Shown one piece after another: positions 1-9,249 of a DNA stretch of 64,000 nt (the stretch's first letter is position 1; each line of letters opens with the position of its first letter). The stretch is from Candidatus Melainabacteria bacterium RIFCSPLOWO2_02_FULL_35_15 (GTDB taxonomy: Bacteria > Cyanobacteriota > Vampirovibrionia > 2-02-FULL-35-15), in the NCBI GenBank assembly GCA_001784585.1, contig MFRN01000043.1:80966-144965 (forward strand), written 5' to 3'. The notes under the pieces were generated by a model. It saw only the letters and a list, made by a program, of their open reading frames with translations. It searched no databases and was not told the origin of the DNA. A program made the translations under genes and the position numbers.

Positions 1-148
1 ATCTTCCTATTTTTTCGTTTCCTTCTACTGATTCAAATAAAAATGAATAAGGTTTTTTATCACAGAGCTTATAAAAGGTGCTTACTGGTGTTTCAAGATC
101 AGCTAAGAGTTCAAGATTTTCCAATAAAACAAAAGATTCATTATTCAT
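1..148 (-). CDS. Anthranilate/aminodeoxychorismate synthase component I family protein (TrpE/PabB-like), N-terminal part only; gene continues beyond the window start
   Basis: Minus-strand translation from the ATG near 146-148 reads MNNESFVLLENLELLADLETPVSTFYKLCDKKPYSFLFESVEGNEKIGR. This is the typical TrpE/PabB N-terminal motif (..LLESVEGGEK.GRYS). Partial gene, not in the ORF track. Confidence 0.5.
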   Translation of the reverse strand, partial: MNNESFVLLENLELLADLETPVSTFYKLCDKKPYSFLFESVEGNEKIGR

Positions 149-260
149 GGATGTATATTGTATAGTATTGAGTCACAGAATAATGTGTAAAATACTTTTA
201 CAGGGGCATTAAACCGGTTTTTTGTGCAGAGTTTTTAAAAGCACTTTCGCTGGTAGGTAT

Positions 261-488
261 CTAACCACCGCCTACAAATGTAACTATCTCAAGCTCATCG
301 TTCTCTGATAGTAAAGTAAAGTCAAACAAGTCTTTTTTTAAAATGTTTTTATTTAACTCTATAACAACTCTGTCTTTATTGATTTTGAATGATTCTATGA
401 GCTTTAAAATAGAAATATTCTGAGGTACAAATTTGTCTTCACCATTAATTTTAATTAGAATGTTTGAATTCCTGGAATCTGTTTTCAT
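261..488 (-). CDS. ThiS/MoaD-family sulfur-carrier protein
   Basis: 75 aa with a beta-grasp-like ThiS pattern (..ILIKINGEDKF..) and a C-terminal Gly-Gly-Gly ending (VTFVGGG) typical of ThiS/MoaD carriers. Confidence 0.55.
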   Translation of the reverse strand: MKTDSRNSNILIKINGEDKFVPQNISILKLIESFKINKDRVVIELNKNILKKDLFDFTLLSENDELEIVTFVGGG

Positions 489-1614
489 TTTTTTGTTTCC
501 GATTAGCCTGGTGACTTCTATAACTTTAGCAGGAATTTTACTTTATCTTGGAATAACTTGTTTTGTCTTGCTTTTTATTTTAAATCAGAGAAAGAATTTA
601 AGTTTTAGTGAGATTGATGTTGCATTTTTAATTTATATATTAGCCCTTACCATAAGTGGAATTATTAATTCTGGCACAGGAAGCGGATTCCATATTTTTC
701 TAAGAACATGTCAGGATTATTTTGTTTATGTGTGGGTAGTATTTTTTCTCTGTAAAAATCCAAAAAACAATAAATTGATTTCTGCTGCCATTTTAATCTC
801 TGCTTTTATTTCGATTTTCTATGGATTTTTACAATTTTTTCATTTTGATTTTTTCCACAGGCAGATAAATTTAGACAGGTTATCCGGGTTTCACAAAAAT
901 CCATATACATACTCAGGGCAACTAATTATTTTTCTTTTTTTTCTCCTGAATGAATGGTTTACAAAAGATAAAAAAGCGGTTGGATTGCTGTTTGCATCAT
1001 TGTGTTTGTTTTGTATATTAAACACTTCAGAGCGAGCTGTGATATTTGGTATCTTTGCAGGACTAATATCGTATTTTATTTTTCAAAAAATAAAAAATAA
1101 AGATCTTATTTTAAGTCTTTTCTTTTTTTTAACCCCTGTTTTTTTTACAATAATGTTTCACAGGAAAGTCTTTAAAAGAATAAAAAATATTGTTTCACCT
1201 GCTCATACGCCAAATGTCAGGTTTAAACTCTGGGGAATTGCTCTTAGCATCTGGAAAAAAAATATATTGTTTGGTAGCGGTAAATTTCCTGCAATACCTT
1301 ATCAGATGGCAGATTCCCTCCACCAGGTTAAATACCTGCAGCATGCACATAATGTTTATCTTCAGATACTGGTTACAAATGGGCTCATAGGTTTTCTTAG
1401 CTTTATTTATTTGTTTTATGCTATTTTAAGGACAGCTTTTTATAGTTTGAAGTCAAACAGATATGCTATTAGTTTAATATCAATACTTTTAGCTTTTGCC
1501 ATAGAGGGAATTTTTGAATATTTCTGGGGTGATAGTGAGGTTAGATATTTCCTTCTGTATTTTATCGGGTTTGTTTTAGCCAATTCGCTAGAATTGAATC
1601 AGGAAAAAGTGTAA
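433..1614 (+). CDS. O-antigen ligase (WaaL/RfaL) family polytopic membrane protein. Start uncertain: the first codon is non-ATG and the ORF overlaps thiS 5' end divergently
   Basis: 393 aa and very hydrophobic, with at least 10 predicted TM helices. The periplasmic loop region (..NTSERAVIFG..) has the Wzy_C/O-antigen ligase architecture. A heptosyltransferase lies nearby. Confidence 0.6.
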   Translation: MSSPLILIRMFEFLESVFIFLFPISLVTSITLAGILLYLGITCFVLLFILNQRKNLSFSEIDVAFLIYILALTISGIINSGTGSGFHIFLRTCQDYFVYVWVVFFLCKNPKNNKLISAAILISAFISIFYGFLQFFHFDFFHRQINLDRLSGFHKNPYTYSGQLIIFLFFLLNEWFTKDKKAVGLLFASLCLFCILNTSERAVIFGIFAGLISYFIFQKIKNKDLILSLFFFLTPVFFTIMFHRKVFKRIKNIVSPAHTPNVRFKLWGIALSIWKKNILFGSGKFPAIPYQMADSLHQVKYLQHAHNVYLQILVTNGLIGFLSFIYLFYAILRTAFYSLKSNRYAISLISILLAFAIEGIFEYFWGDSEVRYFLLYFIGFVLANSLELNQEKV

Positions 1615-1624
1615 AATTATTAGA

Positions 1625-2440
1625 ATGAAGAATAAGCTTAACAAAATTATTTATTTTTTTATGATTTTATTAATTGCATTAGTGTGCTTTTCGTCAAACG
1701 CTCAGGAAACAGAAGAGAGAATTCTGGAGCAAAATTTTGATTTTGATAAGCAGGAAGAACAAATTGAACCTGAAATAAGAATTGATAACAAAGCAGAAAC
1801 TCAAAAATCTCCGCTTCTTAAAGGTCACATAAGCAAAGTCCCTGGCGGAACAAAGTTAAAGATTATTTTAGAAACTCCAATAGATGAAATTACAAGCATG
1901 GTAGATGATGAAATTACTGCAAGAACTGCTGAGAATATTGAAATTGATGGTAAGGTAGTAATTCCTGCAGGCAGTACAGTAGTTGGAAAAATTTCAGAAA
2001 TTAACCTGGCAAAGAGACTGCATAAAGCTGGTAATGTAAGGATAGAATTTCAGAACCTGACAATGCCTGACAACAGGCAAGTGCCTATTCTGGCCAGTGT
2101 TTTAACACATAGCGGTTTAATTAAAGGAAAGTATACTAAAAAAAACGCTCTGATTGCCGGTGCTACTCTTCTGGGCCCTGCAGCAGCTGGTTTTGGAGCT
2201 GGACTTGCTGCTGAAGGTAGTCTTGTGGGAGCTGGAATCGGAGCTTTAGTAGGTACACTGGCTGGAGTTGGTTTATTTACATTTCAAAGGGGAAACATGG
2301 TTGACTTGAAATCCGGGGATGAATTAAGTATAGAATTGACAGAAGAAGCACTTGTGCCTGTGAGTGACAGTGAAGAAACAGATGGAGCAAATAAAAGTTT
2401 TTGTGAATTAAAAAATAAAAAAAATGACAGAAAAAACTAA
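1625..2440 (+). CDS. Secreted/periplasmic hypothetical protein with a C-terminal glycine-zipper segment
   Basis: N-terminal signal peptide (MKNKLNKIIYFFMILLIALVCFSSNAQE). The C-terminus carries GxxxG repeats (GPAAAGFGAGLAAEGSLVGAGIGALVGTLAGVG). Confidence 0.5.
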   Translation: MKNKLNKIIYFFMILLIALVCFSSNAQETEERILEQNFDFDKQEEQIEPEIRIDNKAETQKSPLLKGHISKVPGGTKLKIILETPIDEITSMVDDEITARTAENIEIDGKVVIPAGSTVVGKISEINLAKRLHKAGNVRIEFQNLTMPDNRQVPILASVLTHSGLIKGKYTKKNALIAGATLLGPAAAGFGAGLAAEGSLVGAGIGALVGTLAGVGLFTFQRGNMVDLKSGDELSIELTEEALVPVSDSEETDGANKSFCELKNKKNDRKN

Positions 2441-2945
2441 AAAAGAATTAATTGAATATATTAAATTAAAAGATAAACTTGAATATTTAAATAAAAATCT
2501 TACTTTGGAGAAAAATATAAAAAATCCTTTTGAAACTCTTATCTTTAACAAGGCAGAGACTAAAATCAAAAGAAAAGGAATTTCATATAAGTTCTGGTTT
2601 TTAGTATTAGTTGTATTATTTTTAACCACCAGTATTTTATTTAATAAAACAATTTCTTTAAAGATTGATCCTGTATTATATAAATTTATAAATCATTTAT
2701 CCACCCAGCTTAATAAGCCTTACGTGGTAACAATAGGAAATTTTGAGAGTTTTGATCTTGCAAAGAGTAGAGCTGTCGAGTTTTTGCCTAAACTCAGACA
2801 GATAAACATAAAACAGCTTCCTACCGGGAATTATACTTTTGAAATTGAAAAATGTGGTTCAAAAGAAAAAGCTTACTCTATATCAAAAGAATTTATACAG
2901 AATGGCTTTGAACCTGTGAATGTGCGTTACTTGCCAGGTCAATAA
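2424..2945 (+). CDS. SPOR-domain (peptidoglycan-binding) membrane-anchored protein
   Basis: One TM helix (FWFLVLVVLFLTTSILF). The C-terminal ~75 aa (YVVTIGNFESFDLAKSRAVEFLPKL..) resemble a SPOR domain. Confidence 0.45.
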   Translation: MTEKTKKELIEYIKLKDKLEYLNKNLTLEKNIKNPFETLIFNKAETKIKRKGISYKFWFLVLVVLFLTTSILFNKTISLKIDPVLYKFINHLSTQLNKPYVVTIGNFESFDLAKSRAVEFLPKLRQINIKQLPTGNYTFEIEKCGSKEKAYSISKEFIQNGFEPVNVRYLPGQ

Positions 2946-3684
2946 GTTTCATAAATTCTTCAAAGTTTAAACTGGCACCACCTACTAATCCGCCATCAAT
3001 ATCCGGGTATTTTATATGTTCGCCAAAATTATCTGACTTAACGCTGCCACCGTATAGAATTCTTACAGTTTCAGAAATTTGAGGGGTACTTTTTTCTTTT
3101 ATTGTACTTCTAATCATTTTTATTATTTTGTTTGCATCTTCACCACTACAGATTTTTCCTGTCCCGATTGCCCAGACAGGTTCATATGCAATAATTAGTT
3201 TTTCAATATCAGCACTGTTTAGATCTTTAATACCTTCAAGTACCTGATTTTTAACCTGGCTTTCAGCTTCGCCTTTTTCTCTGATTTTTAAATCTTCTCC
3301 TACACAAAACACTGGTGTAAGTCCAAATTTGAGTGCAGCTTTAATTTTTAGATTTACATCTTTATCACTTTCGTTAAAATATTGCCGTCTTTCGCTATGT
3401 CCGATTATCACCATTTCAATATGCAGGTCTTTTAACATTTTAGGAGAGACTTCCCCTGTATATGCTCCTTCTTCTTTATAGAACATATTTTGAGCACCTG
3501 TTTTGATATGAGGTGTATCTTTTAAGATATTGCTTATGGTTAAGAGATAAACAGATGGCGGACAAACAGTTATTTCAGCAGGTCGTTCAACTTTTATAGA
3601 ACTTTTTAATTTAAAGGTTAAATCCTGTGCATCAGCCAGACTTAAGTTCATTTTCCAGTTTCCAATGATTATTTTATTTCGCAT
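2893..3684 (-). CDS. tpiA: Triosephosphate isomerase
   Basis: IIGNWKMN motif near the N-terminus, catalytic IIGHSERR, and YGGSV near the C-terminus. Confidence 0.95.
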   Translation of the reverse strand: MRNKIIIGNWKMNLSLADAQDLTFKLKSSIKVERPAEITVCPPSVYLLTISNILKDTPHIKTGAQNMFYKEEGAYTGEVSPKMLKDLHIEMVIIGHSERRQYFNESDKDVNLKIKAALKFGLTPVFCVGEDLKIREKGEAESQVKNQVLEGIKDLNSADIEKLIIAYEPVWAIGTGKICSGEDANKIIKMIRSTIKEKSTPQISETVRILYGGSVKSDNFGEHIKYPDIDGGLVGGASLNFEEFMKLIDLASNAHSQVQSHSV

Positions 3685-3712
3685 AAGGAGATATTATATA
3701 ATATAAATCCGT

Positions 3713-3934
3713 ATGGAACCAGAATCTAAAATAAAACTAGACAATATTATTAAAGAACTTACAGGTTTTCTTGAAAGAGACTTTTCATCACGGTTTAGAA
3801 ACTTGACCAATAAAGAAGACAGACAGCTCTTTTTCTTAGCAAAAATACTTACACAGCTAAAGCAAATTTCCAACGAATCCGGAAATAAAGACAAAAAAAT
3901 AGTTCGCTTTCCAGCTTTGCAGAGAATTAAGTAA
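3713..3934 (+). CDS. Small hypothetical protein (73 aa)
   Basis: Only ORF in an otherwise non-coding 425-bp gap. No recognisable motif. Confidence 0.25.
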   Translation: MEPESKIKLDNIIKELTGFLERDFSSRFRNLTNKEDRQLFFLAKILTQLKQISNESGNKDKKIVRFPALQRIK

Positions 3935-4108
3935 ATTAGGCGCTGCCTTAGCTATGTTACTAAGTCTCATCTGACTAACTTACAAAGAAAGGTTTTGTCT
4001 GGTTTATCCAGCAAAACCTGAAAAATGACACAAAAGGCAGACTGCGAGCACTTTGCAAAGCCCGACAAGCGAGGTACGAAGCAAGGAGGGCGGTAGGCAA
4101 AAACTAAA

Positions 4109-5185
4109 TTAGTGGACAGTGCTTAATTCAAGTTGTTTATTTACAGCATTAAGCATTAAATCCGGAGTAACCTCCAGGCATTCAGGTGTTTTACAGGATT
4201 CTTTTCTCTTGTCAAATAAACAAGGCCTGCATTCCAGATTATCTGCATGTATAGCAAGGAATCTTGGATCCTCTGGTAATAGCTTTTTAGGATCAGTCGG
4301 TCCAAAAAATGCTACAAGTTTTTTCCCCAGTGCCACAGCTATATGCATCGGGGCAGAATCTACACAAACCAGCAGATCTGAAGAACTTATTAAAGCAGCA
4401 AGTTTTTCAATTGACAAATCAAATGAGCTAAAGTCAAAGAAATTTTTAGGCTTTGCAAAAAAAGAAAGTTTCTTGTGGATTTCAGCAATTGTTTCAGTAT
4501 CATCTTTTCCGCCAAGAAGAATTACAGTGTTATCATGATTTTCAAGTAGCTTCTCAATCAAGACAGCCCAATTTTTTGCTGCCCACCCCTTTAAAATATT
4601 TTTTTTAATACTCAGTTTACTTACTCCAGGATGAATAAATATTTTTTTTGCAAAATATCTTTCTTTTATTCTTGGATTTAAGGTTTCTTTTGCCCATTCG
4701 ATTAATGCAGGAGTCAGTTTGATTTCAGGCATCAGATACTTGCCATGAATTGTTTTTTTTATATCCGGCAACGCTGGCGTAAGTAATTCAGCAAACATAT
4801 TAGGTATATATTGAGTTGTATTTGGTTTTATGGGATCTGTTAAAAATAATTTGCTAAAAATCCCTTTATAAAAACCAATTTTGATTTCAGCATTACTTAA
4901 AAGAGCAACTATATTAGACTTATACGAGGAACCAGTTAAGATCAGGTATTTATAATATCGTGCTCTCAGTTCCTCTCTTAACTTAAAAATATTCAGATTT
5001 TTTTCTTTGAAGTCAAAAGCTCTAATTTTTCTGTATAAATGTGTCAGTTCCCCGATAATTACACTTCTTGGTTCACAAATTAAATCAATTTGATAATCGC
5101 TAAAATTTTCCTTAAAAATTTTTACTGTAGGTAAAAGGAGAATTTGATCCCCAATTCCTCCTGCATTGACAAATAAAGTCCTCAT
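4109..5185 (-). CDS. Glycosyltransferase family 9 (LPS heptosyltransferase-like)
   Basis: N-terminal LFVNAGGIGDQILLLP, the GT9 signature. The C-terminal region (..GPTDP..) is typical of RfaF/RfaC. The track ORF starts at a TTG at 5200. The internal ATG (MRTLFVNAGG..) at 5185 is the more plausible start. Confidence 0.8.
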   Translation of the reverse strand: MRTLFVNAGGIGDQILLLPTVKIFKENFSDYQIDLICEPRSVIIGELTHLYRKIRAFDFKEKNLNIFKLREELRARYYKYLILTGSSYKSNIVALLSNAEIKIGFYKGIFSKLFLTDPIKPNTTQYIPNMFAELLTPALPDIKKTIHGKYLMPEIKLTPALIEWAKETLNPRIKERYFAKKIFIHPGVSKLSIKKNILKGWAAKNWAVLIEKLLENHDNTVILLGGKDDTETIAEIHKKLSFFAKPKNFFDFSSFDLSIEKLAALISSSDLLVCVDSAPMHIAVALGKKLVAFFGPTDPKKLLPEDPRFLAIHADNLECRPCLFDKRKESCKTPECLEVTPDLMLNAVNKQLELSTVH

Positions 5186-5216
5186 AATGGTTCTAAACAA
5201 TTATTTTTATATTGTT

Positions 5217-5244
5217 GTAGAGACGTTATGCATAACGTCTCTAC
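5217..5244. promoter_or_regulatory. Perfect palindrome GTAGAGACGTT-ATGCAT-AACGTCTCTAC in the divergent region between the GT9 gene and the rplD operon promoter
   Basis: Read directly. 28-bp perfect inverted repeat immediately upstream of a TTGACA box. Confidence 0.45.
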
Positions 5245-5291
5245 TTATTGTTGACACAAGAACACTGAACATACACAAATAATAACAGGCG

Positions 5292-5320
5292 TTGACCAAA
5301 ATAGGATAGACCGTTAGAAT
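5292..5320 (+). promoter_or_regulatory. Candidate sigma-70 promoter for the rplD-led ribosomal protein operon (TTGACC-17-TAGAAT)
   Basis: Hexamers read directly: ttgacc, then aaaataggatagaccgt (17 nt), then tagaat, about 50 nt upstream of the rplD ATG. Confidence 0.4.
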
Positions 5321-5367
5321 TAACCCTTGCATCTTTAAAATATGATTGCAAAAACAAAAACAATCAA

Positions 5368-6033
5368 ATGGCAAAATCAACCGCACAACATAGTAATGAG
5401 AAATCGGGTAGTTCTAAGTTACCGGAAGTTTTTTTAGGATTAAAACCTAACAAGCATTTATTACACTTATCAGTTTTAAGACAATTAGACAATCAGAGAG
5501 CCGGTACTGCTTCTACAAAGACCAAAGCCGAAGTCCGTGGTGGTGGTAAAAAACCCTGGAAACAAAAAGGTACAGGCAGAGCAAGAGCAGGATCAATCAG
5601 ATCACCTTTATGGGTTGGTGGTGGAATTACATTTGGTCCAAAGCCCAGAAGCTTTAAGTCTAATCTGCCTCAAAAAGCTAGAAATTTGGCAGAATTGCAG
5701 GCAATAGTGACAAAATCAGATTCACTGGTTATATTAAAAAATTTGCCTGAAATAAAAGACTGTAAGACAAAAAACTTTTTAAGCGCTATTAATTCCCTCT
5801 CACTAACTGATACCCCGCTTTTAATACTAGCTTCAAAAAAAGAGCAACATTTTAACGAAGCAAGGAGAGCATCAAAAAACATACCAGACATTGTTGTTCG
5901 TGACTGTAATTTTGCAGGTGTGTGGGATATCTTAAAAGTAAAAACCCTGGCAATTACAGAACATGCCTTAAAAGAGCTTGAGAAACGCTTTTTGTGGGTT
6001 TTAAAAAATAAAAAAATGAAAACCGGTAAATAA
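5368..6033 (+). CDS. rplD: 50S ribosomal protein L4
   Basis: GGGKKPWKQKGTGRARAGSIRSPLWVGGGITFGPKPR signature. Confidence 0.95.
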   Translation: MAKSTAQHSNEKSGSSKLPEVFLGLKPNKHLLHLSVLRQLDNQRAGTASTKTKAEVRGGGKKPWKQKGTGRARAGSIRSPLWVGGGITFGPKPRSFKSNLPQKARNLAELQAIVTKSDSLVILKNLPEIKDCKTKNFLSAINSLSLTDTPLLILASKKEQHFNEARRASKNIPDIVVRDCNFAGVWDILKVKTLAITEHALKELEKRFLWVLKNKKMKTGK

Positions 6034-6038
6034 AAAAA

Positions 6039-6329
6039 ATGAATAAAAATCTTACAAATATTTTAGAACCAATTATTACTGAAAAGAGTACTGCTTTAAG
6101 TAAGCAAAATAAATACACGTTTAAGGTTGTAAAGGATGCTACGAAAGATTCAATAAGAAAATCATTTCTTGAAATTTTTCCAGACAGAAAAATTACTTCA
6201 ATAAAAACATTAAAGATAAAAGGGCATTCAAAGCGTACAAAATCCGGTATAAAGTTTCCGGCAGATGGAAAAAAAGTAATTATTACAACTCTTGGTCCAA
6301 AGATAGAATATTTTCCTGATATAGGATAG
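6039..6329 (+). CDS. rplW: 50S ribosomal protein L23
   Basis: Size and position between rplD and rplB. Has an L23-like N-terminus (ILEPIITEKST). Confidence 0.9.
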   Translation: MNKNLTNILEPIITEKSTALSKQNKYTFKVVKDATKDSIRKSFLEIFPDRKITSIKTLKIKGHSKRTKSGIKFPADGKKVIITTLGPKIEYFPDIG

Positions 6330-6350
6330 ATAAGAAAGGAGGTAGATAAT

Positions 6351-7175
6351 ATGCCAGTAAAAGAAAGAAGACCTTTAACTCCCGGACAAAGAGGAATGAA
6401 CTTTATTGATTTTAGTGAAATTACAAAATCAAAACCCCAAAAAAGTTTACTTTTGCCTTATAAGAGAGGTTCAGGCAGAAATAACCAGGGAAGGATTACT
6501 ACCAGACATAAAGGTGGCGGTCATAAAAAACATTACAGAATAATTGATTACAAACGTGATAAAGACAATATCCAGGCAAAGGTAGTTGCTTTTGAATATG
6601 ATCCAAACAGAAACTGTAGAATTGCATTGTTGATTTACAAAGACGGAGAAAAGCGTTATATTCTGGCTCCAAATAATTTAAAAGTAAGCGACTCTGTAAT
6701 GTCCGGTGAAAGTGTTGAGCAAAAAGTCGGGAATTCGATGCCGCTTAGAAATATTACAGTAGGTGAATTCGTTCACAATGTAGAACTTAAGCCACATGCA
6801 GGAGGCCAGCTTGTAAGAACTGCTGGTGGTGCTGCACAACTTTTAGCCAAAGAAAATGAAGATGCTACGCTAAGATTACCCTCCGGTGAAATGAGAAGGG
6901 TTAATATTAACTGTCGTGCTACTCTTGGTCAGTTAGGAAACCTGGATCATTTAAATGTGAAGCTTGGAAAAGCAGGCAGAAAGCGTTATTTAGGTATTAG
7001 ACCTACTGTAAGAGGATCTGCCATGAATCCTGTAGATCATCCGCACGGTGGTGGAGAAGGCAGATGTCCAATTGGTGGTCAGCCAAAAACACCATGGGGC
7101 AAACCAGCAATGGGATTAAAAACCAGGAAGCCAAAGTTATCAGACAGATATATAATTTCAAGGAGGAAGAAGTAA
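6351..7175 (+). CDS. rplB: 50S ribosomal protein L2
   Basis: 274 aa. Motifs [22 protein letters not shown] and [14 protein letters not shown]. Confidence 0.97.
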   Translation: MPVKERRPLTPGQRGMNFIDFSEITKSKPQKSLLLPYKRGSGRNNQGRITTRHKGGGHKKHYRIIDYKRDKDNIQAKVVAFEYDPNRNCRIALLIYKDGEKRYILAPNNLKVSDSVMSGESVEQKVGNSMPLRNITVGEFVHNVELKPHAGGQLVRTAGGAAQLLAKENEDATLRLPSGEMRRVNINCRATLGQLGNLDHLNVKLGKAGRKRYLGIRPTVRGSAMNPVDHPHGGGEGRCPIGGQPKTPWGKPAMGLKTRKPKLSDRYIISRRKK

Positions 7176-7181
7176 AAAAGT

Positions 7182-7505
7182 ATGGGAAGATCACTAAAAA
7201 AAGGGCCTTATGTTCATCCTTCATTATTAAGAAAAATTAGTGAAATGAATAAATCAGGAAAGAAGCAAGTCGTAAAATCCTGGAAACGTGCTTCTATGAT
7301 TATCCCTGAAATGATTGGGCACACAATAGCTGTTCATAATGGAAAAAAGTTTGTACCTGTTTATATAACTGAACAAATGATAGGTCACAGGCTGGGAGAA
7401 TTTTCAGCTACAAGATATTTTAGAGCACATTCAGGAGTTGCTAAGAAAACTGAAGAAGCAGGGACAGAAGGAGGAAGTGCAGCACCAGCACCAAAATCTG
7501 CCTAA
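7182..7505 (+). CDS. rpsS: 30S ribosomal protein S19, with a C-terminal extension of about 15 aa
   Basis: [18 protein letters not shown] followed by [23 protein letters not shown]. Extra Gly/Ala/Pro-rich tail. Confidence 0.95.
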   Translation: MGRSLKKGPYVHPSLLRKISEMNKSGKKQVVKSWKRASMIIPEMIGHTIAVHNGKKFVPVYITEQMIGHRLGEFSATRYFRAHSGVAKKTEEAGTEGGSAAPAPKSA

Positions 7506-7575
7506 TGTTAATAGGAGGAAATAGGGAAACAGAGAAAGAGAGCAAAAATTTAAGCTTAAATTTTTGCAATAAAAC

Positions 7576-8076
7576 ATGACTAAAGCAATAGCAAAATATA
7601 TAAGAATGTCACCGCGAAAATTACGCCGTGTAGTAAATGAAATTCGTGGTAAGGATACTAACTCTGCACAGGTAATACTTAAGTTTATGCCTTATGCCGG
7701 AGCAAGGGTAGTTGAAAAAGTACTAAAGTCTGCAGTTTCAAATGCAAAAGAAAATGAAAAATTAAATCCTGACGAATTAAGAATTACTAAAGCTTTTGTA
7801 GATCAGTCTACTACTCTTAGAAGATGGAGACCAATGTCGCGTGGCAGGGGATATCCGATTTTAAAAAGAACAAGCCATGTGACTTTAGAAGTTGGTGTAG
7901 ATGAAAATCTTATTAATAACATCAAACATACTCCGGCTAAAAAACAAGTTAAGCATGATCATGACCACGATCACAAACATGATCACGATGAAAAGTCTAA
8001 AGATGAAGCTGTCAAGAAAGAAAAGAAACAAGTAAAAGAAAAAACAAAGAAAGATAAAAAGAAGAAAGAGGAATAA
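7576..8076 (+). CDS. rplV: 50S ribosomal protein L22, with a ~55-aa C-terminal His-Asp repeat and Lys-rich extension
   Basis: L22 core (ARYIRMSPRKLRRVVNEIRGK..) followed by KHDHDHDHKHDHDEKSKDEAVKKEKKQVKEKTKKDKKKKEE. Confidence 0.9.
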   Translation: MTKAIAKYIRMSPRKLRRVVNEIRGKDTNSAQVILKFMPYAGARVVEKVLKSAVSNAKENEKLNPDELRITKAFVDQSTTLRRWRPMSRGRGYPILKRTSHVTLEVGVDENLINNIKHTPAKKQVKHDHDHDHKHDHDEKSKDEAVKKEKKQVKEKTKKDKKKKEE

Positions 8077-8079
8077 GCA

Positions 8080-8817
8080 ATGGGTCAGAAGACACATCCC
8101 AGAGGATTTAGATTAGGTGTTATCCAAACATGGGATTCGCAATGGTTTGCAGCACCTAAAGATTATGCAAATCTTGTTTATGAAGACAAACTTATTCGTG
8201 ATTTTATAAAGGGAAAACTTTTTAATGCTGGCATCAGTAAGATTGAAATATGGAGAAAAGCACAATTAATTCAAGTCAATATTCATTCAGTAAGACCAGG
8301 TATTGTAGTTGGTAAAGGTGGACAAGGTTTAGAAACACTAAAGAATCAGGTTACAGAATTAATAAACAGAAAAGATATTATTGTTCAGATTAATGTAATT
8401 GAAGTTGCAAAAGCTGATCTTGATGCACAGTTAACCGCAGAAGCCATTGCACAACAGCTAGAAAGACGGGTAGCTTTTAGAAAAGCAATGAAACAGGCAA
8501 TGCAAAGAGCAATGCGCTCAGGTGCAAAGGGTGTAAAGGTAATGGTTTCCGGGCGCCTTGGTGGAAATGACATTGCCAGGACAGAATGGCTTAGAGAAGG
8601 AGCTATACCTCTTCATACTTTAAGAGCAGATATTGATTATGGACTTGCAACTGCAAAAACAATATTTGGAATTATTGGAGTGAAAACATGGATTTATAAA
8701 GGGATTCTTGCACCCGGTGAAGTAGCTCAAAGAAATGTTAAATTGGTTTCGAATCTTGATGGCGAAGAAGATGATACTCAGCAAAGAAGAAGAAGGAAAA
8801 AGAGAGGCGAACAGTAA
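8080..8817 (+). CDS. rpsC: 30S ribosomal protein S3
   Basis: [14 protein letters not shown]-terminus, KH domain, charged C-terminal tail. Confidence 0.95.
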   Translation: MGQKTHPRGFRLGVIQTWDSQWFAAPKDYANLVYEDKLIRDFIKGKLFNAGISKIEIWRKAQLIQVNIHSVRPGIVVGKGGQGLETLKNQVTELINRKDIIVQINVIEVAKADLDAQLTAEAIAQQLERRVAFRKAMKQAMQRAMRSGAKGVKVMVSGRLGGNDIARTEWLREGAIPLHTLRADIDYGLATAKTIFGIIGVKTWIYKGILAPGEVAQRNVKLVSNLDGEEDDTQQRRRRKKRGEQ

Positions 8818-8823
8818 AGAAAA

Positions 8824-9246
8824 ATGTTAGTGCCAAGACAGACAAAATTCAGGAAGCAAATGCGCGGCAGAATGACCGGAAAAGAGTCACGTGGTGTAAG
8901 ACTTCACTATGGTGAATATGGACTTCAGGCCCTGGCTCCAGCCTGGATTTCTTCAAAACAGCTGGAAGCAGCCAGAAAAGCTATGGTTAGGAGTATTAAA
9001 AGAGGTGGGAAAATTTGGATAATGGTTTTTCCGGATAAACCGGTTACTAAAAAACCTGCCGAGGTAAGAATGGGTTCTGGTAAAGGTAACCCTGAATTCT
9101 GGGTAACTGTTGTAAGACCAGGCCGAATCTTATTTGAAATGACAGGTGTTCCTAAAGATATTGCTGTTGAATCTTTGAGACTGGCATCTCATAAGCTTCC
9201 TATTAAGTGTCGAATTATAGAAAAGGGAGAGCATATTAAAGGATAA
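8824..9246 (+). CDS. rplP: 50S ribosomal protein L16
   Basis: [17 protein letters not shown]-terminus. Confidence 0.95.
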   Translation: MLVPRQTKFRKQMRGRMTGKESRGVRLHYGEYGLQALAPAWISSKQLEAARKAMVRSIKRGGKIWIMVFPDKPVTKKPAEVRMGSGKGNPEFWVTVVRPGRILFEMTGVPKDIAVESLRLASHKLPIKCRIIEKGEHIKG

Positions 9247-9249
9247 GTT

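Noticed and set aside
1190-1390. 66-aa ORF nested in another frame inside the O-antigen ligase gene
   Set aside because: Fully contained within a much longer, motif-supported ORF. Typical shadow ORF.
3935-4108. Possible SRP RNA, 6S RNA or tmRNA in the tpiA/GT9 gap
   Set aside because: None of the conserved cores is present (SRP domain IV GGAA/AGCAG, tmRNA tag-ORF/GCCA end, 6S bubble). Kept only as an unexplained structured spacer.
4119-4538. 139-aa plus-strand ORF
   Set aside because: Antisense to, and entirely within, the GT9 heptosyltransferase gene. Ser-rich low-complexity translation.
7955-7993. cat-gat-cac-gat tandem repeats that could be mistaken for a CRISPR or microsatellite locus
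   Set aside because: They are in-frame within rplV and encode the HD repeat. There are no spacer-repeat units and no cas genes. No CRISPR array exists in the window.
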